Shown: piece after piece, positions 45,737 to 55,899 of the stretch
How positions within the stretch are numbered: position 1 is the first letter of the stretch
Layout: every line of letters starts with the position of its first letter
Source: Clostridiales bacterium
Lineage (GTDB): Bacteria > Bacillota > Clostridia > Christensenellales > Aristaeellaceae
Assembly (NCBI GenBank): GCA_015056125.1
Contig: SVGW01000003.1
Span: 353-64,352, forward strand
Direction of reading: 5' to 3'
Length of the DNA: 64,000 nucleotides
Made by a program: the position numbers and the translations under genes
Notes under the pieces: model-generated
The model's input: the letters and a program-made list of their open reading frames with translations, nothing else
Database searches by the model: none
Told to the model about the DNA's origin: nothing

Positions 45737-46513
45737 ATGAAATTAGGCGTATGCACTTCCCCTGAAAATATTGAAAAGGCCGCCCAGGCGGGATTTGACT
45801 ATGTGGAATTCAGCCTGTCCTTTATCGCCGGCATGGAAGAAGAAGCGTTTCAGGCCCTGGCAGCCAAGGCCCCTTCTTTCCCCATTCCCGCCCTTAAGTG
45901 CAATGGCTTTTTCCCCGGCACTGTGAAGCTCACCGGCCCCGACGTGTGCAAAAAGCAGGTGGAGGAATATTTGGAAAAGGCCCTGTCCCGGGCCAAGAAG
46001 CTGGGGATCAAGGTGCTGGTACTGGGCAGCGGCGCTGCTCGCCAGGTGCCTGAAGGATGGGATTTTGCCAAGGGATGGCAGCAGTTTATGGAATTGCTGC
46101 AGCTGGTAGGCCGGTATGCCGAAAAGTATGATATGGATGTGGCTCTGGAGCCTCTCCGCCGTAAGGAATGCAATATTCTGAATCTGGTATCCGAAGGCCT
46201 GCTGGTTTCTGCGGCTGTGGATCATCCCCGGATCAATGTGCTGGGCGATACCTTCCATATGCATTGCTGCCGCGAGCCCCTTTCCTCCCTCACCAATGCC
46301 GGCAGCCGCCTGCGCCATGTGCATGTAAGCTGCCCCAAGGCGGATGAAAGCGGCCGCGTATTCCCCGCCCGCAATGACGGCCAGGATTATGCCGCGCTGA
46401 TCAACACCCTCAAGGAAATGAATTATCAGGGGGACGTGAGCGTGGAAGCCGGCTGCACGGATTTCCTGGAAGACGGCAAGGAAGTAGTGGCCTGCCTGAA
46501 GCCCTTGATCTAA
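45737..46513 (+). CDS. Sugar phosphate isomerase/epimerase (xylose isomerase-like TIM barrel)
   Basis: The start MKLGVCTSPENIEKAAQAGFDYVEFSL follows AAGGAGG. The protein is 258 aa. Confidence 0.75.
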   Translation: MKLGVCTSPENIEKAAQAGFDYVEFSLSFIAGMEEEAFQALAAKAPSFPIPALKCNGFFPGTVKLTGPDVCKKQVEEYLEKALSRAKKLGIKVLVLGSGAARQVPEGWDFAKGWQQFMELLQLVGRYAEKYDMDVALEPLRRKECNILNLVSEGLLVSAAVDHPRINVLGDTFHMHCCREPLSSLTNAGSRLRHVHVSCPKADESGRVFPARNDGQDYAALINTLKEMNYQGDVSVEAGCTDFLEDGKEVVACLKPLI

Positions 46514-46526
46514 TGAAAACAAGCGA

Positions 46527-46561
46527 AAAGGAGAGGCGATTCAATTGCCCCTCCTTTTTTT
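46527..46561. terminator. Bidirectional intrinsic terminator
   Basis: AAAAGGAGAGGC, a loop, then GCCCCTCCTTTT. T-runs are available on both strands between convergent genes. Confidence 0.7.
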
Positions 46562-46568
46562 CATGCCC

Positions 46569-46940
46569 TCAGCGCTTATCCGGCACCACTTCAAACCAGT
46601 ATCCATCCGGATCCTCGATGAAATAAAGGCCCATCTTATGGTTTTCAAAGCAGATGCAGCCCATTTCCTCATGCTTTTTATGGGCGGCTTCATAATCATC
46701 CACATGGAAGCAGATATGGGTTTCATTTTCACCCAGTTCGTAAGGGCCCTTGTGATCCCGAAGCCAGGTGAGCTCCAGGCGGTAGTTGGTTACGTTGTCG
46801 GAGAGAAACACCAGCTTGAAGCTGCCATCGGAGGCTTCCTTGGTGCGCACGGGGGTAAGCCCCAGGGCTTCCTCGTAGAATTTCAGGCTGCGGTCCAGGT
46901 CCTGCACATTCAGATTGGTATGGTTAAAGGTAAAGGTCAT
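46569..46940 (-). CDS. VOC-family protein (glyoxalase I-like)
   Basis: MTFTFNHTNLNVQDLDRSLKFYEEALGL and the ...HICFHVDD...FIEDPDGYWFEV pattern are present. The protein is 123 aa. Confidence 0.8.
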   Translation of the reverse strand: MTFTFNHTNLNVQDLDRSLKFYEEALGLTPVRTKEASDGSFKLVFLSDNVTNYRLELTWLRDHKGPYELGENETHICFHVDDYEAAHKKHEEMGCICFENHKMGLYFIEDPDGYWFEVVPDKR

Positions 46941-47154
46941 AGAAAAATGCTCCTTTCAGGTCTGATAGATTTTCTGCCTTCATGGTATCGGAAAAAGGAT
47001 GGAATTGTCAAGGGTGAAAGAAAAGAAGCAAAAAGATATAGAAAGTTGAAAAGAAATTGTAACATTTTTTTGATTTTCTGTTGACAAATTGCTTATTTTA
47101 TTTTTTAATACACTTGGGTGCAAATGCCCAATCTGAATTGAGGAATGATAAATC

Positions 47155-48555
47155 ATGAGAAAAACGGATGTATTGATTATTGGCGCGGGCCCTGCGGGGA
47201 TTTTTACGGCGCTTGAAATGCTGCGCAAGGGCAGCCAGAAAAAGATTATGATCGTAGAAAAGGGCGCAGCCATCGAACGGCGCCATTGCCCCAAGGTGAA
47301 AACCGGCGCCTGCGTCAATTGCAAGCCCTATTGCCATATCACCACCGGCTTTTCCGGCGCCGGTGCTTTTTCCGATGGAAAATTATCCCTTTCCTATGAA
47401 GTGGGCGGCCAGCTGCCTGAACTCATCGGGGAAGACTATGCCCAGAGAATGATCGATTATACCGATAAAATCTATCTGGAATTTGGAGCGGATACTCGTG
47501 TGGAAGGCATCGGCCAGGGCGAAGAAATTAAAAAGATCCGCCTGCGTGCCATCAGGGCGGGGCTCAAGCTGGTGGATTGCCCCATTCGCCATTTAGGCAC
47601 GGAAAAGGCCCAGGATTTATATTACGCCATTGAAAGATACCTGCAGGAACGTGGCGTGGAGATTCTTTTTGGCCATAACTGCAAGAATCTTTTGCTGGAG
47701 GGCATGCGCTGCGTGGGCGTGGTGCTGGAAAATAAGGGGATCGAAGAGGAAATCCGGGCGGAGCATACCGTGGTGGCCACCGGTCGCCGAGGGGCGGATT
47801 GGCTGGAAAAGCTGTGCGAGGAGCATGGCATCGCCCATCAGCCCGGCACGGTGGATATCGGCGTGCGGGTAGAAGTGCGCAATGAAGTGATGGAAACGGT
47901 AAACCGGGTGCTGTATGAAAGCAAGCTGGTGGGCTATCCCAAGCCCTTTAAAGATAAGGTGCGCACTTTTTGCCAGAACCCCGGCGGCTTTGTGAGCCAG
48001 GAAAACTACGATAATGATTTGGCTGTGGTGAACGGGCATTCCTATAAGGACCTGAAAACAGAGAATACCAACCTGGCTATTCTCTGCTCCCATAACTTTA
48101 CCGAGCCCTTCAATCAGCCCATTGCCTATGCTCAGAAGGTGGGGGAACTGACCAATATGCTGGGCAGCGGTCGCATTATGGTGCAGCGCTTTGGAGATAT
48201 TCTGGATGGCAAGCGTACCTGGCAGAAGGAGCTGGCCCGCTCCAACGTGCGCCACACCCTGCCCGACGCCGTGGCCGGGGATATCACCGCCGCCATGCCC
48301 TACCGCGCCATGACCAATATCATTCATTTCATGCAGGCCATGGATGAGGTGGTGCCCGGCTTTGCAGGGGCGGAAACATTGCTTTATTCTCCCGAACTGA
48401 AATTCTATTCCAATCGCATTAAGATGGATCAGCAACTGAACACCAATATTCAAGGGCTTCACTGTCTGGGCGATTCCAGCGGATGGACCCGGGGGCTGAT
48501 GATGGCATCCGTGATGGGCGTAATCATGGGCCAGCAATTGGCCAAGGAAGAATAA
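47155..48555 (+). CDS. FAD-dependent oxidoreductase (COG2509-like)
   Basis: It has the dinucleotide-binding motif DVLIIGAGPAGIF. The protein is 466 aa. Confidence 0.7.
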   Translation: MRKTDVLIIGAGPAGIFTALEMLRKGSQKKIMIVEKGAAIERRHCPKVKTGACVNCKPYCHITTGFSGAGAFSDGKLSLSYEVGGQLPELIGEDYAQRMIDYTDKIYLEFGADTRVEGIGQGEEIKKIRLRAIRAGLKLVDCPIRHLGTEKAQDLYYAIERYLQERGVEILFGHNCKNLLLEGMRCVGVVLENKGIEEEIRAEHTVVATGRRGADWLEKLCEEHGIAHQPGTVDIGVRVEVRNEVMETVNRVLYESKLVGYPKPFKDKVRTFCQNPGGFVSQENYDNDLAVVNGHSYKDLKTENTNLAILCSHNFTEPFNQPIAYAQKVGELTNMLGSGRIMVQRFGDILDGKRTWQKELARSNVRHTLPDAVAGDITAAMPYRAMTNIIHFMQAMDEVVPGFAGAETLLYSPELKFYSNRIKMDQQLNTNIQGLHCLGDSSGWTRGLMMASVMGVIMGQQLAKEE

Positions 48556-48645
48556 CGATGGAAAAAGATTCCTGAAAAAGAAGGATGCTTTTAAAACGCA
48601 GGATCGTTTATTTAGGTAGTGATACATACCGAGGTGAAAGATACG

Positions 48646-50316
48646 ATGAAACGGTGGACTGTGCTGCTGATGATGTTCCTTTTGCTGGTGGGCGTGGCAG
48701 CGGCTGAGGAAGAAAATGTGCTCAAGCTTGGCGCAGCGGGAGAACAGGTGCTGGAATTGAACACCCGATTGCGCCAGCTGAATTATACCACTGTGCGGGC
48801 GGGAGAAACCTACACCGAGGCTACGAAGGCTGCGGTATCTGCTGTGCAGGAAGCTTATCAGATGCCGGTTACCGGCGAAGCGGATGCGGCCACTCTTTCC
48901 ATCATTTACGGCACCTGCTATCGCCCGCTTGGCTATGGAGATTCCGGTGAAGACGTGAAGCTTTTGCAGGAAAAGCTCATTGAACTGGGGTATTACTGGG
49001 GCAATGTGAGCGGAAATTATCTGGAGGGCTCTGCTTCTGCTATTGAAACCTTTCAGGGAGAATGCAGCTTGGAGCAGACCGGCAAGGCGGACGTGAAAAC
49101 CCAAGAACTGCTCTTTTCCCTCACCATCCGTCCCACGCCTACGCCTACTCCTGTGCCCACCCCTTCGCCAGTGCCCACGCCTACTCCCACCCCTGGGCCC
49201 TATCAGGAATTTAAGCGCACCCTTTCCTACGGCTCCACGGGGAATGATGTGCAAAAGGTGCAGCAGCGGCTGATGGATCTTGGCTTTTTCACCTTCTATA
49301 AAACCACCACCGGCTACTATAAAAACAGCCAGAGCGCCGTGGAAGCCTTCCAGGCGCATAATGGCCTGGAAGTGACCGGCGTAGTGAATGAAGCAACGTG
49401 GCATGCCCTGTTTAACGATGTGACCACGGTGGATGCCAATGCATCCCCCAAGCCTACCTATGCCCCCACGCCTATTCCCTACAAGCTGGAAGTGGATGTG
49501 AATAACCAGGTGGTGAAGGTGTGGAAATACAGCAAGGAAACCGAGGATTACACCAATCTGGATCGGGCGTTCCTTTGCTCCACAGGCACCAAAACCTATC
49601 CCACTCCTCTTGGCACCTTTACCTTGACCGGCAAGCGATCGAAATACTGCGAATTTCCCAATTGGGGAGGCGGCCAGGGCCGCTGGTGGACTGATCTGGA
49701 CGGCACCAATGCGTTCCACAGCGTGCTCTACACCAACAGCAGCGATCCAATGACCTTGAAAACATCCACTTTCACCAATCTTGGCAAGCGGGCATCCCAT
49801 GGCTGCATCCGCCTTACGCTGGCTGACGCAAAATGGATCTATGAAAATGTGGTGCCTGGCATGCAGGTGTGGATTCATGAAGACGGCGCTTCCGATCCGG
49901 AACTGAAATATGCCATTCAGCCGGGTTCGCTCAATAAAGATACCATGCTGCCCAATCCCACTCAGGCCCCTACCAAGTATTCCTCCTATGACGGCACCCA
50001 GGTGCCTCAGACGGAGATGCGCAATCTCTACGTGGGAAGAGAAGGGGAGGACGTATACTGGCTGCAGATGAAGCTCAAGGAGCTTGGCTATTATCAGGGC
50101 ACCGTCACCGGCCAGTACCGGGAGGGAACCGAGAAGGCCGTGAAGGCCTATCAGCGGGCCAATGGGCTTTCTATCGATGGCAAGGCAGGAAGGCAGACCC
50201 TGCAGCATCTGTACAATGCTGTGATGGAGGCGAATAAGACGCCTGAGCCTACGCCGGCGCCAACGCCTACTGCATTGCCGGCGCGGCCTTCCGATTCTCC
50301 TGTGCCTGCGCCTTAA
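48646..50316 (+). CDS. L,D-transpeptidase with four peptidoglycan-binding (PG_binding_1-like) repeats
   Basis: The start MKRWTVLLMMFLLLVGVAAA (signal peptide) follows GAGGTG. The YkuD catalytic motif SHGCIRL is present, and Pro/Thr linkers separate the domains. Confidence 0.85.
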   Translation: MKRWTVLLMMFLLLVGVAAAEEENVLKLGAAGEQVLELNTRLRQLNYTTVRAGETYTEATKAAVSAVQEAYQMPVTGEADAATLSIIYGTCYRPLGYGDSGEDVKLLQEKLIELGYYWGNVSGNYLEGSASAIETFQGECSLEQTGKADVKTQELLFSLTIRPTPTPTPVPTPSPVPTPTPTPGPYQEFKRTLSYGSTGNDVQKVQQRLMDLGFFTFYKTTTGYYKNSQSAVEAFQAHNGLEVTGVVNEATWHALFNDVTTVDANASPKPTYAPTPIPYKLEVDVNNQVVKVWKYSKETEDYTNLDRAFLCSTGTKTYPTPLGTFTLTGKRSKYCEFPNWGGGQGRWWTDLDGTNAFHSVLYTNSSDPMTLKTSTFTNLGKRASHGCIRLTLADAKWIYENVVPGMQVWIHEDGASDPELKYAIQPGSLNKDTMLPNPTQAPTKYSSYDGTQVPQTEMRNLYVGREGEDVYWLQMKLKELGYYQGTVTGQYREGTEKAVKAYQRANGLSIDGKAGRQTLQHLYNAVMEANKTPEPTPAPTPTALPARPSDSPVPAP

Positions 50317-50366
50317 ATGAAAAGAATGCAAAGGGCTGATTCAGCGGATGGATCAGCCCTTTAAAT

Positions 50367-50984
50367 GTGCGCTTAAGCAAATATGAAAGAAACGGGCAAG
50401 GGGCTGCAAATGAACAGCTGCATCTGAATGGACATAAGTCGGTGAGTGAAATAGAAAAGGAATACGGAGTCAATAACGATCTGATTTCATCATGGACAAA
50501 CAAGTATCTCGAAGAGGGAGAAGACGCACTGGAACCGCACAACGGAAATCCATATGCAGCGCTGCATACGAGTAAGAAACTCAGCGAGGTCGAATGTTTG
50601 TGCATAATAGTATGCAATCAGGAAGTGGAAATAGCGAGGGTAAAAAAGGATATTGGGTGGAAGAAGTTGGTGTAAACATGAATACATTACTGGCAGAGAA
50701 AAGAATACGAAGGAATAGAAAAACTGAAAACGAAATATCCGGTAGATTTTTTGTGCCGGGTCATGGGGCTGAACCGTTCCGGTTACTGCAAGTGAAAAAA
50801 CGACAGAGAACCTTGACCCGAAGGTTGGATTAAAGAAGAATTATTTCTTGACTTCGATCCCGCCAATGCTGCTGACGTTCCTGCCTGCTTGGATACCTAC
50901 GTACGTTATTTCAATTTTGATCGCCCTGCCGCCGCCTTGGGCTATAAAAGCCCCGTCCAGTTCCGGGCTGAACGAGGCTTCTGA
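50367..50984 (+). mobile_element. Decayed IS3-family insertion sequence remnant (OrfA fragment, OrfB N- and C-terminal fragments, catalytic core deleted)
   Basis: Three fragments are recognisable: an OrfA-like HTH (KSVSEIEKEYGVNNDLISSWTNKYLEEGEDAL); an OrfB N-terminus in another frame (KYPVDFLCRVMGLNRSGYCKW); and an OrfB C-terminus (YVRYFNFDRPAAALGYKSPVQFR, stop at 50982-50984). Frames are broken, and only about 0.6 kb remains of an expected 1.2-1.4 kb. Confidence 0.7.
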
Positions 50985-51071
50985 GCTATTGCTTTTTTCT
51001 ATATCTACTTTGAGTTGACAGATTCAGGCTCAAAAGGAACTGCTCCTTTTTGATTGCGCTTTTGCTGATCC

Positions 51072-52583
51072 TCATTTGCCAAAGGCAGTATTCAGAACCT
51101 TTTCCGGGGGCAGAGAGGACTGCGTCATCAGGCTGACAATGGGAACCACCACAAGCCCGGCCAGCATGCCCGATACACCGCTGATGGCAGCCACGGAAGT
51201 GCCCAGCACCAGGGGCGGCACCAGGGCAACCAGGAAGCCGGTGATCAGCCCGGCCCAGGCGCCGATGCGGGTGGTTTTCCGCCAAAGCAGGCCATACATG
51301 AAGGGCGCCAGGAAGGAACCGGCCACCACGCCCCAGGACAGGGACATGAGCTGCATGATGGGGGTATTCTGCATGAGGAAATTGATCACCAGGGACAGCG
51401 CAACAAATACAATGCAAAGGAGGCGCATGGTAAAGGTGGCCTGCTTTTCAGTGCGCTTGGGGAGGAGGGAGCCAAGCAGATCCACGGAGATGACGGAGGC
51501 GGAGGCCAGCACCAAAGCGGTAAGGGTGGAAATGCTGGCGGAGAGAAGCAATACAATGAACAACCCCTGGAGCGCATCGGGAATTCCCACCACTGTTTGA
51601 TCGGTGAGCATGGTGGGCATGATCATATCCTTCACCATGGCGCCTGCATCCACCGCTGCGGCTGCGGTACCGTAGGTGGCATCGGGAATCTGGGAGAGCA
51701 CTACCCGGCTAAAGCCGCCGGCAAAGTAGATGCCGCCTGCAATAATCAGGGCGAAGGTGGTGGAGATCACGGTGGCACGCTTAACGGATTTGATATCCTT
51801 GATGGCAAAGAACTTATGCAGCATCTGGGGCAGGCCCAGCACGCCCAGAGAGGTGAGGAGCACATTGGAAAGCAAGGGCGTGGCATTTTCTTTGGTAATG
51901 GCCATGGAGCCGTAGGTGCCGCCTTCCAGCTTGCCCAATTCCTCCAGGCCTTTTTGCAGGCCGCCAGCGCCATTGATGATGTAGGCAATGATTAATACAA
52001 CGCCAACGATCATGATGATGCCCTGAATGAAATCGGTGATGGCGGTGGCCTTATATCCGCCGGCAAAGAGATAGAGGGAAGCCAGGAGTGCAATGCCGAT
52101 CACACACCAGGTGTAATCAATGCCCAGGGCCATGCGGAACATGGTGCCAAGGCCCTTATATACAGAAGCGGAATAGGGAATGAGAAAGATGAAGATGATC
52201 ACGGAGGCGGCCAGCTTCATCCATTTGGCGTTATATCGCTTTTCAAAGAAGCCCGGTATGGTGCCTACATCTAATTTCTCACCCATACGGCGAACAGGCT
52301 TTGCCAGCAGCGCCCACGCAAGCAGGCTGCCAATCACGGCGTTGCCGATGCCGGCCCATGCCGCAGCAATACCGAATTGCCACCCCATGCTCCCGGCATA
52401 GCCCACGATGATGACAGCAGAAAAATAGCTGGCGCCATAGGAAAGGGCACTCATCCAAGGCCCCACATTGCGCCCGCCAAGCAAAAATTCATTGAGTGAT
52501 AGGGATTTTTTCGCCGTCACCAGGAGAACGGTCACGATCATGACGGCATAGAGCACCAAAACTACATACTTCAACCAAGCCAC
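51072..52583 (-). CDS. Sodium:solute symporter (SSS) family transporter
   Basis: The ORF is 503 aa with about 13 TM segments and an SSS-like N-terminus (NEFLLGGRNVGPWMSALSYGASYFSA). The GTG start has a short RBS spacing, so the start is uncertain. Confidence 0.75.
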   Translation of the reverse strand: MAWLKYVVLVLYAVMIVTVLLVTAKKSLSLNEFLLGGRNVGPWMSALSYGASYFSAVIIVGYAGSMGWQFGIAAAWAGIGNAVIGSLLAWALLAKPVRRMGEKLDVGTIPGFFEKRYNAKWMKLAASVIIFIFLIPYSASVYKGLGTMFRMALGIDYTWCVIGIALLASLYLFAGGYKATAITDFIQGIIMIVGVVLIIAYIINGAGGLQKGLEELGKLEGGTYGSMAITKENATPLLSNVLLTSLGVLGLPQMLHKFFAIKDIKSVKRATVISTTFALIIAGGIYFAGGFSRVVLSQIPDATYGTAAAAVDAGAMVKDMIMPTMLTDQTVVGIPDALQGLFIVLLLSASISTLTALVLASASVISVDLLGSLLPKRTEKQATFTMRLLCIVFVALSLVINFLMQNTPIMQLMSLSWGVVAGSFLAPFMYGLLWRKTTRIGAWAGLITGFLVALVPPLVLGTSVAAISGVSGMLAGLVVVPIVSLMTQSSLPPEKVLNTAFGK

Positions 52584-52673
52584 ATCCTTCCGTACTACAC
52601 TGCCGCTTCGTGCGGCTTCTACATAATAAGCATAGCATATTGGACAAAAATTGACCAGTATTTTTATTGTATT

Positions 52674-52698
52674 AAAAAAGCTGCCAGCGGCAGCTTTC
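52674..52698. terminator. Bidirectional intrinsic terminator
   Basis: The hairpin is AAAGCTGCC-AGC-GGCAGCTTT, with an A-run upstream that becomes a T-run for the minus-strand SGNH gene. Confidence 0.75.
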
Positions 52699-52703
52699 GC
52701 ATT

Positions 52704-53390
52704 TCATTCAATCAAATATTCTTTTACGGCGCTCATGGCGCATTCGAAAAGCTTCCGATGGCCCAGGGCATTGGGATGGATTCCATCATCGCAATAGTAA
52801 TGGCGGAACTGACGATCGCAGAGAAATTCGCTTCTGAAATCCAAAAGACGCACATTTTCTTCCCTGGCCACATCCTGCACTGCGCAGGCATATCTTTCCT
52901 GCCAGCGATACATCATTTGAGGCTCTCCAAGATAAGAGAGGATGGCGTTCTGATCCAATCCCCGGGAGACCCACTTGAAATAACGCTCGCCGTCAATGGG
53001 CAAGATAGATACCAATACAGGCTTCATGCCGCCCTTTCGTGCAAAATCCACCAGCCCCTTTAGGCTTTCCTTAAACTGAGCAATGGACGCCCGGGCAGGA
53101 TGTTCATGAGCAGGATCCTTGGCCACATCGGCCCAGCAAAGATCGCAATCATTCCCGCCAAATTCAATAATAGCGATGCCGCCGGGTACCAGATCCTCTT
53201 TCTGCATGGAAGCCAGGCATTCCGGAGCCGTGCGCCCCATCACGGCATGATTATAAATGGGAAGCTGCACTTCCTGCTCCAGTAATCGTAGGCAATGCTC
53301 CTTTAAAATAGCATAGCGCTTGCGGCTTTCGTCATACACAACGCCCTTGGCAATAGAATCTCCCCATACACAAATGGCACTTGGCTGCAT
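52704..53390 (-). CDS. SGNH/GDSL-family hydrolase
   Basis: The start MQPSAICVWGDSIAKG (GDS block) follows AGGAGG. The C-terminal DGIHPN (DxxH block) is present. Confidence 0.8.
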   Translation of the reverse strand: MQPSAICVWGDSIAKGVVYDESRKRYAILKEHCLRLLEQEVQLPIYNHAVMGRTAPECLASMQKEDLVPGGIAIIEFGGNDCDLCWADVAKDPAHEHPARASIAQFKESLKGLVDFARKGGMKPVLVSILPIDGERYFKWVSRGLDQNAILSYLGEPQMMYRWQERYACAVQDVAREENVRLLDFRSEFLCDRQFRHYYCDDGIHPNALGHRKLFECAMSAVKEYLIE

Positions 53391-53507
53391 CACATTACAC
53401 CTCCTGAGCATTTCAAAAAGAATGTATTCAAATAATACAGCATCTTTTCTTAAAAGTCAATAGATGTAATCGATAAAAACAATAAAAATAATAACAAAAA
53501 CTAGATG

Positions 53508-55439
53508 TTATGATTCTATGGATTCTTCCAGTGCTTCTTCTGCCGCTTCCCAACGGGCATAGCAATCGGCCAAATGCGCTTTCAGCCGCTGATATTCCCG
53601 GGCGGCTTCTGCTGCCTTTTCCGGCACAGCGTATATCTCCGGGGTGGCCATCAGGGCCTCCTGGGCTTCAATCGCTTCCTCCGCATCGGACACGGCTTGC
53701 TCGGCTGCTTTCACAGCTTCCTTAAGGGCTTTTTGCTGCTCCTTAGCCAGGCGCATTTTCTTTTTTTCTTTAGCGGCCTCCGTGCGGGTCATTTCCGCAA
53801 AGCGAGGATCCACATCCTGCTGAGAAGCTTCCCATTGCAGCCGCGCCTGATAATCATCAAAATTGCCCAGGTATTCCTTCACGCCGTCAGGCCCCAGCAC
53901 CAATACTTTCGTGGCAAAGCGGTTGATGAAGTAGCGGTCATGGGATACGGCGAGGATGGTGCCCTCAAAATTATCAAGAGCATCTTCCAGCACTTCGCGG
54001 CTATCCATATCCAGGTGGTTGGTGGGCTCGTCCAGGAGCAATAGATTATCCTTGTGAAGCATCAGCTTGGTCAGCGCTACCCGGCCTTTTTCGCCGCCGG
54101 ACAGGGTGCGGATGGGGGAGAAGACGTCGTCCCCCGTAAAGAGAAACAGGCCCAGCGCACCCCGCACCTGGGATTGTTCCAATCGCGGGAACGCGTCCCA
54201 TACTTCGTCCAGCACGGTTTTATCCGGATGCAGGGATTTTTGCTGCTGATCGTAGTAGCCCATATCCACATTAGCGCCCCAACGTACAAAGCCGGTATCG
54301 GGAGCAAGCTCGCCAATCAGGCAGCGGAGTAGGGTGGATTTTCCGATGCCGTTGGGCCCAAGGAGGGCGATTCGGTCGCCAGCGCGGATATTGATATTCA
54401 CATTGGAAAAGAGAATGCGATCCCCAAAGGACTTGGAAAAATCCTGGATGGAGAGCACGTCATCCCCGGTGCGGCGGTTGGCTTCAAAGCGGAACCGTAC
54501 CTGATGCTCATCCTCCGGGCGCTCCAATCGCTCGATCTTTTCCAGCCGCTTTTCCCGGCTTTCGGCGGCGCGGATGGACTTTTCCCGGTTAAAGGATTTA
54601 TACCGGGCAATGATGGCCTCCTCCCGGGCAATGAGCTTTTGCTGCTGCTCCCAGGCGCGCATGCGAATTTCAAAGCGCTCGGTACGCTGGGGCATATAGC
54701 GGGAATAATTGCCTTCATACTGCTCGGCAACGCCAAGAAGCAATTCGGTGATATGGGTGCATACGTGATCCAGAAAATAACGGTCGTGGGAAACTACAAT
54801 CAGAGCGCCGCTGTATTCGGAAAGATATTTTTCAAGCCAATCCAGCGCAGCAAGATCCAGGTGGTTGGTGGGCTCGTCCAACAAGAGCAGATCGGGCTTT
54901 TGCAAAAGGAGCTTGGCCAGGCATAGCCGGGTCAGCTCCCCGCCGGAAAGGAGGTGGGCAGGCTGATCAAACTGCTCCTTTTGAAAGCCCAGGCCGCTGA
55001 GCACGCCATGGATCAAAGAGCGCCAGGCATAGCCGTCTGCTTTTTCAAAGGCATCGCTTAGGCGGGCGTAGGAATCGCCCAGGCGGATCAATTCCTTTTC
55101 ATCGCTCACCTCTGCCATCCGGGCTTCCAGGGCGCGCATTTTTTCTTCCATAGCAAATACAGGCTCGTAAACCGACTGAAGCTCCTCAAATACAGTGGCC
55201 CCTTCCCGGGCGATATACTGCTGCTCCATATAGCCGATTTTCATGCCCTTGGCAAGGGAAACAGAGCCGCCGTCCGCCTGCTCTTTTCCGGCCAGAATTT
55301 TAAGCAGGGTGGATTTTCCGCAGCCGTTTACCCCCACCAGGCCCATGCGCTGATGGTCCTGGAGCACCATATTCACATCTTTTAAAACCACATTGCCCCC
55401 AAAGGCCTTGTGGAGATTCTGGATCGTTAAAATAATCAT
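53508..55439 (-). CDS. ABC-F family ATPase (two fused ABC cassettes, no TM domain)
   Basis: It has two Walker A motifs (GVNGCGKST, GPNGIGKST), two LSGGE signatures and a C-terminal coiled coil. The start is taken at ATG MIILTIQNLHKAFG; an alternative GTG start is at 55451. Confidence 0.88.
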   Translation of the reverse strand: MIILTIQNLHKAFGGNVVLKDVNMVLQDHQRMGLVGVNGCGKSTLLKILAGKEQADGGSVSLAKGMKIGYMEQQYIAREGATVFEELQSVYEPVFAMEEKMRALEARMAEVSDEKELIRLGDSYARLSDAFEKADGYAWRSLIHGVLSGLGFQKEQFDQPAHLLSGGELTRLCLAKLLLQKPDLLLLDEPTNHLDLAALDWLEKYLSEYSGALIVVSHDRYFLDHVCTHITELLLGVAEQYEGNYSRYMPQRTERFEIRMRAWEQQQKLIAREEAIIARYKSFNREKSIRAAESREKRLEKIERLERPEDEHQVRFRFEANRRTGDDVLSIQDFSKSFGDRILFSNVNINIRAGDRIALLGPNGIGKSTLLRCLIGELAPDTGFVRWGANVDMGYYDQQQKSLHPDKTVLDEVWDAFPRLEQSQVRGALGLFLFTGDDVFSPIRTLSGGEKGRVALTKLMLHKDNLLLLDEPTNHLDMDSREVLEDALDNFEGTILAVSHDRYFINRFATKVLVLGPDGVKEYLGNFDDYQARLQWEASQQDVDPRFAEMTRTEAAKEKKKMRLAKEQQKALKEAVKAAEQAVSDAEEAIEAQEALMATPEIYAVPEKAAEAAREYQRLKAHLADCYARWEAAEEALEESIES

Positions 55440-55475
55440 GCCGTTTTCCACGCTTTCCCATGATCTATTCTTAAG

Positions 55476-55515
55476 AAACGAAAAGAAGGGGCTGACTTAT
55501 TCACCGTCAGCCCCT
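55476..55515 (-). terminator. Intrinsic terminator after secG
   Basis: On the minus strand the hairpin is AGGGGCTGAC, a loop, then GTCAGCCCCT, followed by TCTTTTCGTTT. Confidence 0.8.
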
Positions 55516-55543
55516 GCAAAGCACCGGAAAATCTGTTGCCTTC

Positions 55544-55780
55544 TCAGGCCACAAAGAGCATAACCAGTGCCAGCACAACGAACACACCGGCAGAAAGCTT
55601 GGTGGCCATGGCCATCTTGCCTTCCAAGGTAGCGTTCTTGTTCTTGCCGAAGAAAGTTTCGCTGCCGCCGGTCAGGGCGCCCATGCCATCGGATTCGCTG
55701 GACTGGAGCAGAACCGTGACGATCATGATGAGAGCAGCAATAACCATCAGCACATTGAGAATTACTTCGATAGCGGTCAT
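55544..55780 (-). CDS. secG: Preprotein translocase subunit SecG
   Basis: The protein is 78 aa with two TM helices and the central motif LLQSSESDGMGALTGG typical of SecG. Confidence 0.85.
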   Translation of the reverse strand: MTAIEVILNVLMVIAALIMIVTVLLQSSESDGMGALTGGSETFFGKNKNATLEGKMAMATKLSAGVFVVLALVMLFVA

Positions 55781-55899
55781 GAGAATCGTACCTCCTTGAA
55801 ATCAACGCGAACATTATTTTACCATAGGAAATTACAAATTACAAGCATGCACGGAAAAAAATATGTAAATCAGGGGCTTTTTTTCCATAAAATTTGGGA

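Noticed and set aside
47617-50331. A very long antisense ORF (904 aa). Similar cases are 58656-60893 (745 aa), 60695-62626 (643 aa), 22244-23821, 17948-19504, 38849-40351, 55894-57321, 16986-17987, 12978-13922, 19592-20590, 20-904 and 32274-33422.
   Set aside because: Each lies exactly antisense to a gene with clear family motifs. Their translations are low-complexity and rich in Gly, His, Arg and Ala, with no motifs. They arise because sense codons rarely use TTA, CTA or TCA, so the complementary frame lacks stops. These are shadow ORFs, not overlapping genes.
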